From the NCBI RefSeq assembly GCF_006345805.1, contig NC_042997.1:150226001-150290000 (forward strand): a stretch of 64,000 nucleotides of DNA. The letters run 5' to 3'. The notes beneath the pieces were generated by a model. The model did no database searches and was not told where the DNA came from. It was given only the letters and a program-made list of their open reading frames with translations. Source of the DNA: Octopus sinensis (lineage: Eukaryota). This document shows positions 37,034 through 50,345 of the stretch, piece after piece. Each line of letters opens with the position of its first letter. The stretch's first letter is position 1. Both the position numbers and the translations under genes were made by a program.

Positions 37034-40000
37034 ATGCAGTGAAAGAGAGAAAGATGAAAATAAAATTGCTTGTTATTTGAAATTAAGAGAAGTAATTGAA
37101 TATGTGTAATTTTATCGGAGAGAAATTAATGAAATGAAATTGTTATTTGGTGTTGTTCAATTCTTAATCTTCAAATATGAATTTTTGATTTGAATGAAGA
37201 GTCAGAGCATGTGAACACATATGTGTATATATATATGTGTACATCTTTATCAATAGACAGCAGTTCGTCATTGAATATATATATATATATATGTGCGTGT
37301 CGTTGTAAATTGGACCTATCTTTGTATTATATATTTATTTTCTAGTTCTCTTCGTGTTTATATAATTGTTCCTGATATATTTCTAAATGTAGAAGCAGCA
37401 AACAAGGCCACTTATTCATCTCCTTTTAATGGCGACAATACACCACAACGTTTATGATATTTTCCCCCCCGTTACAATTTCCGTAATGTATTCAAATGCA
37501 TGTTCTTTATAGAAAAAAAATGATGATCGCTAACAATGCTGGAATGAAACATGTGTTAATTAAACTTGAAAATATATTGTAGAAACGACCCAGCATGCGT
37601 GTTTAGAAACTGGACTTAGTGAAGGAACATCTAAATTCCATTTAGTGTGGTGCACCGACGGTCGAAATATATGCTATGTATGTCTGTTGGAATACATCTT
37701 ACACAGTAACTCCTTTTTGCATGCAGCAGGAAATATATGCAGCGAATATATAGTGCATCAAATATTTACTTCGTAATGTATATTTCGCAGAACATACATA
37801 TATACATATAATAATATTAATATTGTAAAGTACGCTGATTATTGACGAAATATACTGGTTTTGTTAAATGAACTTTGATAAGAACCTAGCCTGGCTATGT
37901 AAGATGTGTTGAAATATCTCTATATAAGCTATGTGATAAATATGTTATTTTGGTACACTTGTTATCTACGTGTATCTGCTTTTTTTATATAGAAATTTTC
38001 TTCGATGTTTCACGGTACAGTTATATTAATTCATGCGTGAGTGTTGTGTTTGTACGCGTATTAATAAAAATTTCTGTTGGCATATTTTATGACGGAAAGT
38101 GTAGAATATATAAATGATTAATCTCGAGATCATAAGGGATCCTAAATGGCAATGCATTTTCAAATTTTATAACGTTATACAATGTGCATGCGAGTAAAGC
38201 GTGTACCTATGGCACGTAACTGTATGTCTACACATACGCATATTTATGTATATTACTTAGGAGTCGAATTGTTACTGAGTTTTGTCGTTGCAATTATCTA
38301 AATACAAGCGTATTGTATACATGAATGTATTCTTGATGTCCCAGGAGGGGCCTTCGACTTCTTGTATCTAAAGATTTTTTTAAACCTAATATTCGCACGC
38401 TATTACTTATAGCTTCATTTGCTTCAAGTTTTACCATTCAAAAACAGAATCATAGCGAATATATTCATTAAAATATCGAAATATGCCTAGTCAGCAAACT
38501 TCCATTGTTTCTACTTCTACAACAAACACGTTATTGAAATATGACATACATTCATTTTATCAATTGTCAAATGTATATCACGTGATACATTTATCAATTC
38601 ATTTTCAAAGCAGGCTATATTTTCATTTTTCTGCATTATATGTATATAACATTATAAGAAAACACAAGGGATTTGGGTATTGCTAATGCAGTTTCAGCGT
38701 TTTTAACTATGCGTAGACATTCACTTACACACACGTTTATGAATCGCTAACATCTAAATAACTGTGAGGCATGTTTTAATGGAGTACAGATCGGGATTAA
38801 TATAGCATCAGTATATGACTGTTGGAGGTATCATATTATATAGCAGATAATTGCTGGCGTAGGGTTCACATTTGTTTTCTTTTAAGTACAGATATACATG
38901 GAAGAAGTCATAATTCTTCTATCTATATGTTTTTCATTAGTGGTTGGCTTTGCTGGAGACATGGACTAGACACAACTTACTCATCTGTGTTCTTTAGTTT
39001 AGCATTTGTTGTCTTAACCTAGCATAAATAACACTTATTAAACGGACGAATAACTCCAATGGTGGGAACACCAGGCGAGTTGATGGGAGAGTTGCGTTTA
39101 TTTAAACAACAACTCTTATATTCTGTCGACATGTAGGATTGCTATTTCAATCATTATAAACAGCAAATTTCAGTGATTTCGTTCTACATTTTTGTATCAT
39201 TGAATCTTCTCTTTAATATTTTCTAGCACTGAATTGCAAGATCAATTTTCCGACTATATTTTTGTGATTTTGTATTTACGCGTAAAGATGTAATCTCCTG
39301 CGATAGTTCACACAAAATGTGATCTTAATGTAAACCATTCCTTAGAAAGCGAAAGCCAAAGAAAATTGCTAAATACGAAATTAGTTACATCTATTCATTT
39401 CTACGAAAATTATGATTGGTTAGGATTTGGCTTGCGTAGAAGAAAATTCTCCCAATTGTCATTAAGTATCATGGAAAACACACCGCGAATTTTAGAGAAA
39501 GCACAAGAAAGCATGATGGGTTGTGATAAACATGAAATTACGATGGCTGTATTATTGTATGAGAACTGTATTTGTATTGAATTTACATTCTCATTGGCGA
39601 GATATGATCGGAATGTTAAGAAAAATATAATATGTCGACGGATTGTATTTAAACCAATTTCGAGATATTTCTGACTGTATAACTCTTTGTATAGGAAAGT
39701 GATGGCATCAAATGAAATGAGATAAAGAAAAAAGAAGAAAGCATTTATCACGAACCAGCTAGACGTTAGTAATAAATAAGTATATGAAACTATTTACACC
39801 ACAGTATATTATATAACTTGCTTCTGTCAAGGATAACCGATCAACGTTTACTTCAATGTTCTTAGAGTATAAACAATATTTCGGATCAGAATGATTGAAG
39901 AGAGTAAACTCATTCGCTGAAAGCAGAAGGAAAAAATAAATAAATGCTGTTTATGCAAATCTCAGCGCCACAGCAAGCACTTATATGCTTCGTTACACAT

Positions 40001-40942
40001 ACACCGACATAAAGGATTAAGCAAAATGTATATATGATAGATTATTCAATTCTTCCCGATCGATCAATGTAAAAACCGACTGCTGTTTCTGCTTAGTAAC
40101 ATTTTTTCCCCAGTCGAAATAGAACTACTTGAATAAAGTATCCATCACTTGTGAACAAATGCATGCAAAGGTCACGGGCACTGTCTTTCTTCTAACTTAT
40201 ATGAAAGAAATAAAATAAAGTTAAATAATATAATGGTTTTTATATCTGACAATATTCGCTATTGGAATATTCGGGCACATACTATAAACATCAGCGCTCA
40301 TCGATTTTCCTGCAGTTTGACATTATCCAGCAAATTACAAGTACTGTGGTGTCAAAATTGACAGTGTAAACGACGGTATGATTGTTTATTCAAGATATCG
40401 TACACCGTTATAAGCTTTGAAATGTGTTCTTATCACAGAAGATACATAGTTCTCGACACAACGCTTTTCATTGCTGAAAATAAGTACCATTATGCGTTGA
40501 AAGCAGGTATGCTAGACTGCAATACTTAATTGAAATCATACCAATGCCCCCTGAGAAGGCAACAATTAATCATTAAACTGTCCTCAAATCAATGAGGACA
40601 AAACATTCGGTAGTTATTCAACAATACAATAAATTGTGCACCAAAAACAAAGCGTTTTCCGGATAATTCATCGGTTTATCGTGTATTCTCACCGAATCTC
40701 TGCAGGATTTTGTCCTGCGATCTAATTCACAAATAACTTAATTCGCCACCAAATAAGTGCCACATTGGACTTTATTGTGTTTATGTTAGCAACGACTGAA
40801 CAGGGAAATTAGTCATCGCTACAATGATCATTAATAAAATTAAAACAAAAAAACAATACCAATGCAACGATATAGCATTACATCCAGCAAAGCGTCAAAC
40901 ACAAACGATAAAATCTCCACTATCGTAACCAACATTTCTTAC

Positions 40943-41006
40943 ATCTCCACTTGGACCAACAGCAGCAACAACAGCCGTTCAAGAATTTGGACCTAGAGAT
41001 CTCCAT
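40943..41006 (-). CDS. Candidate first coding exon, MEISRSKFLNGCCCCCWSKWR, gene unknown
   Basis: ATG in GAAATGG context, donor AT|GTAAGA, inside a CpG-rich unique island at 40940-41310. Other frames are also partly open. Confidence 0.3.
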
Positions 41007-42292
41007 TTCCAGCGACTTCGAGGGCCACCTCCCAGTGGTGTCGGACGTCAACGAAGAGCCCTCGACTACAAGACGACCAAAGTTTTTTTTCCAATGTCTG
41101 GGGTCTCCCGCCCCTAAGCCCTAGACCATTACCTAATCACCATTACCCGTCTTGTTGCCTAACAACAACAACAGCATCATCATCATCATCAACACTAATC
41201 TTTCTAACCAACACGACAAACACGTGGGCAATCATCACCCTGTATCACCATTAGTTATTTTATAAACAAGCAGTGAGAGACACAGAGGAGGGAGGGAGGG
41301 GGAGAGAAATGGTAAATATTTATAGTGGTTGATGGATAATGATGGTCATATGTTTCATTCTTAATGAACGCTATATTTACATTTCAATAATCATCTCACT
41401 TTTACAATTACTGCAATCTTTGCAAAAGAAGAATTACAAAAATAAATAAATAAACAAATACTTAAACTATAAAAGGGCGTATGCATAGGTAGTGGGCATG
41501 TTTGAAATAACAGCGATATCGTCCTCAAATCAGAACCCATCATCTCAAACAGGGAATGTTATAAGGCATTATATATTCCAATATATAATACTTAAAAAAA
41601 AAAAGAGACTTGTCTAAAACGGTTATAGTCTACATGGAAAAGCACATCAGCAGGAAAAACCAAAAACATCGTTGCATTTGGAAAAAAGAGTTCTTTATTT
41701 TCATTTTTTGCCGTCGGAAATGCAGGGAATCTGTGATGATTGTCTGCTGTAAACAGTAGCCAACAATACTATTGTTCACCATGGGCAATAAAAAAACATA
41801 AAACAAAATAAGAATTGAAATACGTCTGATAGTTCACGTTTTGACCTACAGCTAAACAACATTGCCAATAACAGTTGCAACAACAGCTAGTCTTTTATTT
41901 ATTTTGAAGATATCAAAAATTAAGAAATGGCTTTTGTTTCAAAAATATATTTCAATATCTATTGCTAGACATCTTCATTTGACATATATTTTCATTGATG
42001 TATGGCGTGAGTCATCGTGATGTAGAAGTATCATTTATACAATTCTTTTATAGCTAAGAAGACAAACAAATTGATCGATACAAACATATTGCTCACTGGA
42101 TTAACAGTGGTAAACATAGAATTAATCTTTATTTTCCGACTGCAGTTTCATATTTTTATTTCTTTAGTTTATTGAAGTTTTAAAGTTTGGGGAAAAAGAA
42201 TGAGAGATATATAACGTAGATATCAACTGCACACAGGCATATATACACTTCCATGTGCACGCGCACACACGCGCGCGCGCGTATGCGTTTGT

Positions 42293-42625
42293 ATATGCAT
42301 GGCTCAATGGTTTGAACTTCGGGCTCACAATTATGGGGTATTGTGAGTTCGATTCCCGATCGAGCTGTGTTCTTGAGCAGAACACTTTATTTTACGTTGT
42401 CCCAGTTCACTCAGCTGTAGAAACGAGTCGCGATGTCATTAGTGCAAAGCAGTATCGGCATTTGCCTTTCTCTTCGACAACATAGGTGGCGTGGAGTGAG
42501 GATGCAGGTATGCAGAGCCACTGCCGGTCTTTCATAAACAACCTTGCTCGGACTTGTACCTTGGAGGAGAAGTTTATAGGTGCAATCCAATGGTCATTCA
42601 TAACCGAAGGGAGTCTTTACCCTTT
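42293..42625 (+). mobile_element. SINE related to family D, diverged, different 3' half
   Basis: B box GAGTTCGATTCCC and core GTGTTCTTGAGCAGAACACTTTA..CCAGTTCACTCAGCTG. Confidence 0.75.
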
Positions 42626-42650
42626 ATATATAGTCCACCATTTGTTGACA

Positions 42651-42923
42651 GGCGCAGGGGTGGCTGTGTGGTAAGTAGCTTTCTTACCAACCGCATGATT
42701 TCGGGTTCAGTCCCATTGCGTGACACCTTGCCCAAGTGTCTTCTACTATAGCCTCGGGCCGATCAAAGCTATGTGAGTGGATTTGGTAGACGGAAGCCCG
42801 TCATATATATGTATACGTATATATACATAAGTGTTTGTGTGTCTGTCTCCTGGGTCGATTTGCTCGACTAAAGGCGGTGCTCCAGCATGGCCGCAGCCAA
42901 ATGACTGAAATAAGTAAAAGAGA
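42651..42923 (+). mobile_element. SINE family A, internally deleted
   Basis: Head and tail intact; the central block between GTGTCTGT and CCTGGGTCGATTTG is missing. Confidence 0.9.
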
Positions 42924-43020
42924 TCTCTCAAAGTTTTTAAGTAGGTTATCACATTTAATTGTGATAAGGGAAATGTTTGCAGCGACTTCGATATTTCGGC
43001 GGCCGTTGTCTTCGACAGAT

Positions 43021-43235
43021 TCTTTTATGCTTTATTTCTTACTTATTTCATTCATTATACTGCAGCCATGCTGCAGCACCACGTTGAATAATTTTTATCG
43101 GATGGATCAACCCCAGTACTTAATTTTTTAGAGCCTAACACTTGTTCAATCAACCTATTCCACGTAAACAACCAGCACTGGTTTTCATGCAGTAGCAATA
43201 TGGGAGCAAGCACACACACACACACACACACACAT

Positions 43236-43273
<38 letters not shown>

Positions 43274-43425
43274 ACATATATATATATATATAAATATACG
43301 CGACAGGCTTCTTTCAGTTTCCGTCAACCAAATTCAATCACAAGGCTTTGGAAGGCCCAAGTTTATAGCAGTAAACACCTACTCAAAGTGCCACGTGATG
43401 GGGCTGAATCCCGAACCACGCAGCC
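43021..43425 (-). mobile_element. SINE family A, diverged
   Basis: Reverse-complement similarity including CACAAGGCTTTGG and GCAGCCATGCTG. Confidence 0.8.
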
Positions 43426-44160
43426 ACAGATTATTATATATTGTAAAACTACACACATATACACACACGCAAACATACATAAACACATAAATACTCTCAC
43501 AGACAAACATGCACACAAACATATATATGCTTCTTCCTCTTTATTTAAGCTGTACTTTATGGTACATACTTCATCCATAAAGGATATGGCGAATATTATA
43601 CCATAGAAGTTATTTGGCAAAATAAATGATACTTCAATAAATATGAAATTTAAATATTCACTTACTTTTTTTTTTTTTTTGCTCTTTATTTATGTTGTTT
43701 GAAAACTGTACCAATGATTGTATGAAATATTGAATGGAATATTGGAAGTTATAGTTTTCAATTCATGGGAGACTTATGATGAAGCCATAAGATTCACTCA
43801 TATATTTTTCATTAGTTTAATTACCAATTGCAGGTTTCCATATTTTATAATTTCTTAATTAGAAATTCAGTGATAAATAAAGTAAACAATAATGTGAATG
43901 TATCTTATTCATACATACACTGACCTCGTTACATGAACATACAAAAGTGGTTTTATAAACACAAATACACACGTACATTGACGTAAACAAATCATAGATA
44001 AAAAATCGAGCAAATGAGAAAGCTACTAGGAGCTAGAAAGCTAGTGGGGGCGTGAAATAGGAAACAAGTGCTCTTCACACCAGAAACAACAGCCATCATT
44101 TCTCGGGAATGTTTCATTGGATAATGTAGGTTTAGAAAAGTAAAGTGTGTCTGATATATA

Positions 44161-44191
<31 letters not shown>

Positions 44192-44833
44192 AGTATGTAT
44201 GTATGTATGTATGTATGTATGTATGTATGTATGTATGTATGTATGTATAGATGCCATGGTCAAATTTATATTGATTTTGATTTTGACCAAAGCAATAGTA
44301 AGCTATAATAAAACAAATGCTTACAAAGACCTAACACGATATGGTACTTTTTTTTTACATTGGTCACGAACGTTTAAGTCCGTGAATTTTTTTTATTGTG
44401 TTCAAGCACATAATACAGTTTGGTGAAATATAATTGTCTTTAGTATATGTATATATCAATACAATACCGATTTCAAATATCACAGCTGACTGTATAATAA
44501 GACACAGGTATATGCTGGAAACGATTCAATCATTTAGGTATTTATTTCCCTGGCATATCTTTGGTTTCTTTCTGATGTATAGAAACGATACTAAACAACA
44601 ATAGAACGTAGAGATAACATCTTGGCCATAAACCAACAACACCTGCTTTCAAGTTTTTGTAAATGTTGCAGTTTCATATAATGTTGCATTTCGTATCCAC
44701 TGGTAAACAACTTAACATGTGTGTTTTATATGTGTGTATGGTGTACCTGTGTGTGTGTGTGTGAGTGTGTATGTGTGTGCATGTTACAACTACCTTTTGT
44801 TTTCTCGTTCATTTTCTTTTTATTTTTGTTTGA

Positions 44834-44895
44834 TCTTTCTTGATGAAGGACTAGCGCCCAAAACATCAAGACGTCATCAGCGTTAAACTAATACA
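44834..44895 (+). ncRNA. Degenerate hammerhead-like motif in a PLE-type relic
   Basis: TCTT..TGATGA-A-GGAC(tagc)GCCC-AAAACATC-AAGA, then AGCGTTAAACTAATA as at 607-621; several changes are CpG-type. Confidence 0.45.
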
Positions 44896-46334
44896 TTTGA
44901 ATAGGAAAAACATCACTAGTGTCATAATCCGTTAGGCAGAACCGGAAGTTCCAGTGGAAACAAGTTCTATAATGAATTTGTTTTTATTTTATTTTATTTT
45001 TTTTTGTGCGAGTTTCGATGGCAGTGAATATTCTGTTGTTTAAAAAAATGTATTTGTAAAAGTTCCGCTAGTTCTTTCCAATGTATCCAGTGGAGTAAAT
45101 TACAATCTAAATTCCAGAAGGTAGTTTGAGTGTGGTACAAGTTAAATCTTTAAAAAAATTTCACTCAAGGACATACAAAGACAATAAACATTTCATCACG
45201 TATCAGTAAATGAAAATATAGTAAAATTTATTCCTGGCTATTATGTTTAGAATGTCGAGCAGCAGTGGTGAGGCATCATCGTTGGATCACATTATGTACA
45301 GACGCACAAGATAGTATAGGAGACATTGCATGTGCGTACATGTGTATGTATGTGAGTGTGTGTGTATTAACATGTCCTTATGATACTTGATTTCTGTAAT
45401 GATGACTTTGACTATTTGACTGTATGTTGGTTTTTGTGTGTGGAGAACCGTAAAAAAGAAATTTATGCTGTAGCAGGCATAATACAATGAATAAACGCAG
45501 AAAAGGAACGTATATTTCAGTGATTGTTTCGGTCAAACTATACTGTACGGCAAGAATACGATAAGCAACATAATTTTTAATAAATTTGCTTTTCCGTTGT
45601 CCAAGAGAACATCTGAATAACAGAATCTTGGAGGATATTTCGTTCTCCCCCTCCTCTTTCTCACTCGCACTATCCGTACAGACATAGGCACCTACATACA
45701 TACAAACACATACAGACATATACGCATATCTTTGTATGATAGCGTTCTGCAAGTTAATTTATATTTATTCGTTTTTCTAATATCTTAATTAAAATATTTA
45801 AATTACAATTAATTTTTATATTTTTTTCCTTCTAGATTTTATTTAATTATTCATTCATTATTTATTTTTCTTGGCATCCAAGAAATGTTGCAGAATTTTA
45901 TTATTGCCCCAAATAATAGAAAGCTTCAAAATGGTTTTAAATAATTAATCATTGTGTAAACGTTTCTGGGCATATATATATATATATATATATACAGCCA
46001 TTAATAAAACACGTGCACTTATATAGATTTGTATGATATTGTGTATGTGTATGCTGTGTTTATGATTTATTTTCTGTGAAAATTCTACACTTGTATACAA
46101 GTGCGTATGTATGAATATTTTTTTAACATGCAAGGCAATAATTTATGAGTATAATCCATTAAAACTATTTGCATCATTCAATGCTCAGTTGGATCTTTTC
46201 TATCATCTTCGTTTGTACTTTTCTCTGTTGATTTGTTCAATGACACTTATTTTTTTCGTCTTTTCTTTGTCATTTTAATGGATATATAGGAACGTACACA
46301 CACACTCACATACACAAATACCCACAAACATGTT

Positions 46335-46862
46335 TTATCATTGCGGCTATACCGGGGCAACGCCTTCAATGGTTTAGCCGAACGATTATTTTTCAAATCT
46401 ATTTGTTGAACCGCTAGGTTACGTTGCTGTGAACACTAATACCTATTTCTTTACTACCCACAAGGAGCTAAATACAGAGAGGACAAACACGGACAGACAA
46501 ACGGTTTAAGTCGATTACATCGACCCCAGTGTGTAACTGGTACTTAATTTATCGACCCCGAAAGGATGAAAGGCAAAGTCGACCTCGGCGGAATTTGAAC
46601 TCAGAACGTATCGGCAGACGAAATAGTGTGAACACTAATACCGATGGTACTACGGTGGGCAGAAGATAAACATACACATGCACTCCCATCCCTGCACTCA
46701 CGGACACACACACAGACACAAATACACACTCACAGATGCACACATATTGCTGCTCACAAGGCTTTGGTTGGCCCGAGCTTATATAGTAGACATTTACTTA
46801 AGGTGACACACAGTGGGACTGAACCCGGTACAATGTAGTTGAGAAGCAAACTTCTTACGGCA
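46335..46862 (-). mobile_element. SINE family A, diverged, interrupted by a family B insertion
   Basis: Family A blocks on both sides of 46444-46626. Confidence 0.75.
46444..46626 (-). mobile_element. SINE family B, 5'-truncated, 16-bp TSD
   Basis: TSD TGTGAACACTAATACC at 46428-46443 and 46627-46642. Confidence 0.93.
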
Positions 46863-47799
46863 CAGACATATTTTTATCTGTCTATGACTTAGTATCATTT
46901 ACGTGCATCAGTCAGTAGATTGTAGCCATACTTGAAGTGTTTAGCGGAGCAAATCGACTGAAGAACTTATTTTGAAGTTAGACACCATTATATATCCTCC
47001 TCTTTTTACCGAATCACGAAGTTGGAGACCGTAAACAAGCAATTGTCAGTAGTCCGGTTGTTGCAGTATGGGAAAGCACACACATAAACTCACGCATATG
47101 CATTTCAGATATATATCCGAAATTATACGTGCGGGTATAGAAGTACGTTTGCAAGAGTGTTTTCTGCTTGAGACGTACATCGTATCATCGTCAACAAATG
47201 CATCTAGTACGGCACCACTCGTGTATTAAGCAGACGGAAGCTGTGCATGTGTGTTTATGTCTACTTATACATATATTGCAACGGTCATCGATATATCATC
47301 TTTTCTATTTCCTAATTATTTCAAGATAAAGCATTATGAGAACAAGTTATTTGAGATTTTAATCTGTGCTTAACCGTAAAATTAATATAATCTCGTAACT
47401 GCACATAAATGTGATAAAACAAGAAATGAATTGGAGAAACAAATCGAGTGATTGTGCCACGGGATGTTGGTGTAACCACCAAAAAGCTACAAAAGATTTG
47501 GTTCGCAACGAAATGATGATCATTGCATTGTAAATTAAATATGGATTTCTTATTATAATTTTTCTGTTTGCCTGTATTTTGCGTTTCACCCCACACACAC
47601 CAGGCATAGACACACACACACAAACACACACGAGTACATGTTTATGACTATATACATCTGTGTGTGTGTGTGTATCTCTGTATGGCCGATGAGTCATGGC
47701 CATCATACGCACTCACACACCAACGATACATACACACATGCGTGTGTGTATCGTTGGGGGCTTTCTTTCTCCATCTTCTCTTCTTTGGAATTTTTCTAT

Positions 47800-47834
47800 A
47801 TTTCTGGTGAAGAGCTTCGCTCGAAACGTGAGAT
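47800..47834 (+). ncRNA. Hammerhead-like motif in a PLE-type relic (about 47745-47922)
   Basis: ATTT-CTGGTGA-A-GAGC(ttc)GCTC-GAAACGTG-AGAT; core A6 and cleavage-site base deviate; relic ends on (TA)n(GA)n. Confidence 0.55.
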
Positions 47835-47917
47835 CCTCTTTCTTTTCTTTCCTTTCCTGAGCGTACTTGTTCCACGTCCTCGCGTTGTTGTTTTTTCTTG
47901 CTTGTTCTTGTTTGGAT

Positions 47918-47985
<68 letters not shown>

Positions 47986-48471
47986 CGAGAGATTTTCGTT
48001 CTTTACGGTTTTATTTACTAGAGTCAGAGTGCTGCGTCAGTACTGGGACAACTCGTTATGAATTTCGTCGATATATTTGACCTCATTGCAAATTCTAAGT
48101 CTGCTATTCACTCTATCTCTTTTTCGCTGAACTACAAAATTATCGTTTAGCAAGCAAAGCAGATCTGAGAATCCGCACTGTTAAGCGACGAATAACAGGC
48201 AAGAATATACTAACAAACACACACATACATCAAGACAGGCTTATGAATGCTTTACGTCAAGGGAATACTGTCATAAAACATTGGACGAGGAAGATTGATT
48301 TCCTGAAAGCGCTGCGCAGTATGACTGAATCAAAAATCGTATAGATACAAATCAATTTTCTTGCAATGCACATTCATCTATGTATCATAATTAATGCATG
48401 TACACTTTGAGAGGACATACACATACGCATATACATATATGCGTACATATATTTCCAAAAATGATAATAAA

Positions 48472-48504
<33 letters not shown>

Positions 48505-48689
48505 CGTTTCTACTACCCGAAACTTTGGTGGAGGTTGCGGTGGAGCGCTAGTTTACTACCAGTGCACAACTGGTAATAAATTGTCATTCATCGTTTAACA
48601 GTACGGATTCTAAGATCTGCTTTGCTTGCTAAACGACCCAAAAATGATAAAAGACAAGGTACATTTCCGAGGATTTTAAAACCAGAACG

Positions 48690-48771
48690 TAAAGTTAGAA
48701 GAAATGTCATATAACATTTTTCTGGGTGAATGATGATGATGACGATGACGATGATGATATTAATAATAATG

Positions 48772-48826
<55 letters not shown>

Positions 48827-49011
48827 TAATCATAGGCGAGGGCGTCACCATTCCCAGTAGAAGCAGAAAAATTGGCTCCATTCGACCAGACATTGTTATC
48901 AAGGACTACAAGAGAGCAACTTGTCCGTTAATACATAAAGTTAGAAGAAATGCCATATAACATTTTTCTGGGTGAATGATGATGATGACGATGATGATAT
49001 TAATAATAATG

Positions 49012-49048
<37 letters not shown>

Positions 49049-49064
49049 CAATAATCATAGGCGA
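48690..49064 (+). repeat. Direct duplication (48690-48839 and 48936-49064) flanking a 96-bp RLE-endonuclease fragment
   Basis: Both units run TAAAGTTAGAAGAAATG..(GAT)n(AAT)n..CATAGGCGA; the spacer reads SRKIGSIRPDIVIKDYKRATCPLI. Confidence 0.85.
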
Positions 49065-49084
49065 AAGATCATCTTTGACTAGGT

Positions 49085-49755
49085 ATTGGAAGGTCAATCA
49101 TAGGAATGTGCAAGTGTCTCCGTTGTGTCGCATGTCTTAGAATGGACGATACCATTGCCGATATCACGAACGAATGCCCTAGACTTGCCCCAAACCACTA
49201 CAGATTGTAGCGACATGATAAGGTAGCGAAAGTGCTACATTGGAAACTGTGCGAAAAGTTAGAGAGAGGCAAGAAGTGGTATGAGCACAAACTACAATGA
49301 GTGGCAGAGTCGGAGATCAGCAAAATCCTCTGGGATTTCCCAGTCCAAACAGACCAGGTGCTAGAGCATAACGGATCGGACCTAGTGGTTCTCGACAAAA
49401 TGCACCACGTATACTATATAGTTGATACTGTATACCCCTTTGAAACACGAATGACCAAGAAGGAAGGCGAAAAAAAGAGGTAATGCAAACGTCGTAAGTA
49501 CACAATAGCCTGACTATGGAAAATGAAGAAGGTATAGATAGTGCCAGATATTGTTGGGTTCTTGGAACAGTTTCAGAAGGCATCAAGAGGAATATAAAGG
49601 AAATCGGAACAGAGTGCCCCGTAGAACTGTTCCAGAATAACCAGGAAATTATTAGTTGAACAGAACGAATAGCATGGTAATATAGGTCGCAGGCTGCAAG
49701 ACCGCTACGCATGAGGACTCGGGGGTTCCAACAAAGCCTGAGAGAAAAAAATAAT
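49085..49755 (+). mobile_element. R4/Dong-clade non-LTR retrotransposon 3' fragment (zinc knuckle and restriction-like endonuclease)
   Basis: SPLCRM..DTIADITNECPRLA..RHDKVAKVLHWKLC..WYEHK..KILWDFPVQTD..SDLVVLDK..IVD..EGEK; stops and frameshifts; short AAT tail. Confidence 0.88.
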
Positions 49756-50151
49756 AATATATTGTAATTTTGGTGTGTAGGGAAGTAATCCTTACGTTCT
49801 ACGTCAGTACTTGCCTGGTAGTTTAGATAATCGACCCCGCAGGGTTTAAAGTTGATCGCATTTGGATTTGAGCACAAAACATAAAATAATCGACGACATA
49901 TGGCAAAGCATTTTCAGAAATCCCTCACGGTTCAGCCAACACACTTCCTTAATGGTAATGATTATTTAACTGAAGTTTATCACGACGATGATCATTATCA
50001 TCTTTTATCAACTGCGTATTATTAAAGCAAACGTCAATTTACATATTTTTTACTTCTAAAGTTTTGAACGGAATATGTTATCAGACTTCAAAATATCGTG
50101 TCTATTCAGTTTAGTATTTCTCTTAGCCAATACTTTTTATAGTTATTTGGT

Positions 50152-50345
50152 CGTCGTCGTCGTCTTCTTCTTCTTCTTCTTCTTCTTCTTCTTCTTCTTC
50201 TTCTTCTTCTTTCTTCTTCTTCTTCTTCTTCTTCTTTCTTTTTCTTCTTCTTCTTTCTTCTTCTTCTTCTAATTATTATTATTATTATTATTACTATTAT
50301 TATTATCATTATATTATTATTATTATTATTATCATCATCATCATC
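50152..50345. repeat. Compound (GTC)n(TTC)n(TTA)n(TCA)n microsatellite
   Basis: Directly visible. Confidence 0.95.

Noticed and set aside
40439-40506. 68-nt plus-strand exon-like segment
   Set aside because: Good splice sites but no partner exon or recognisable peptide; expected by chance in 64 kb.
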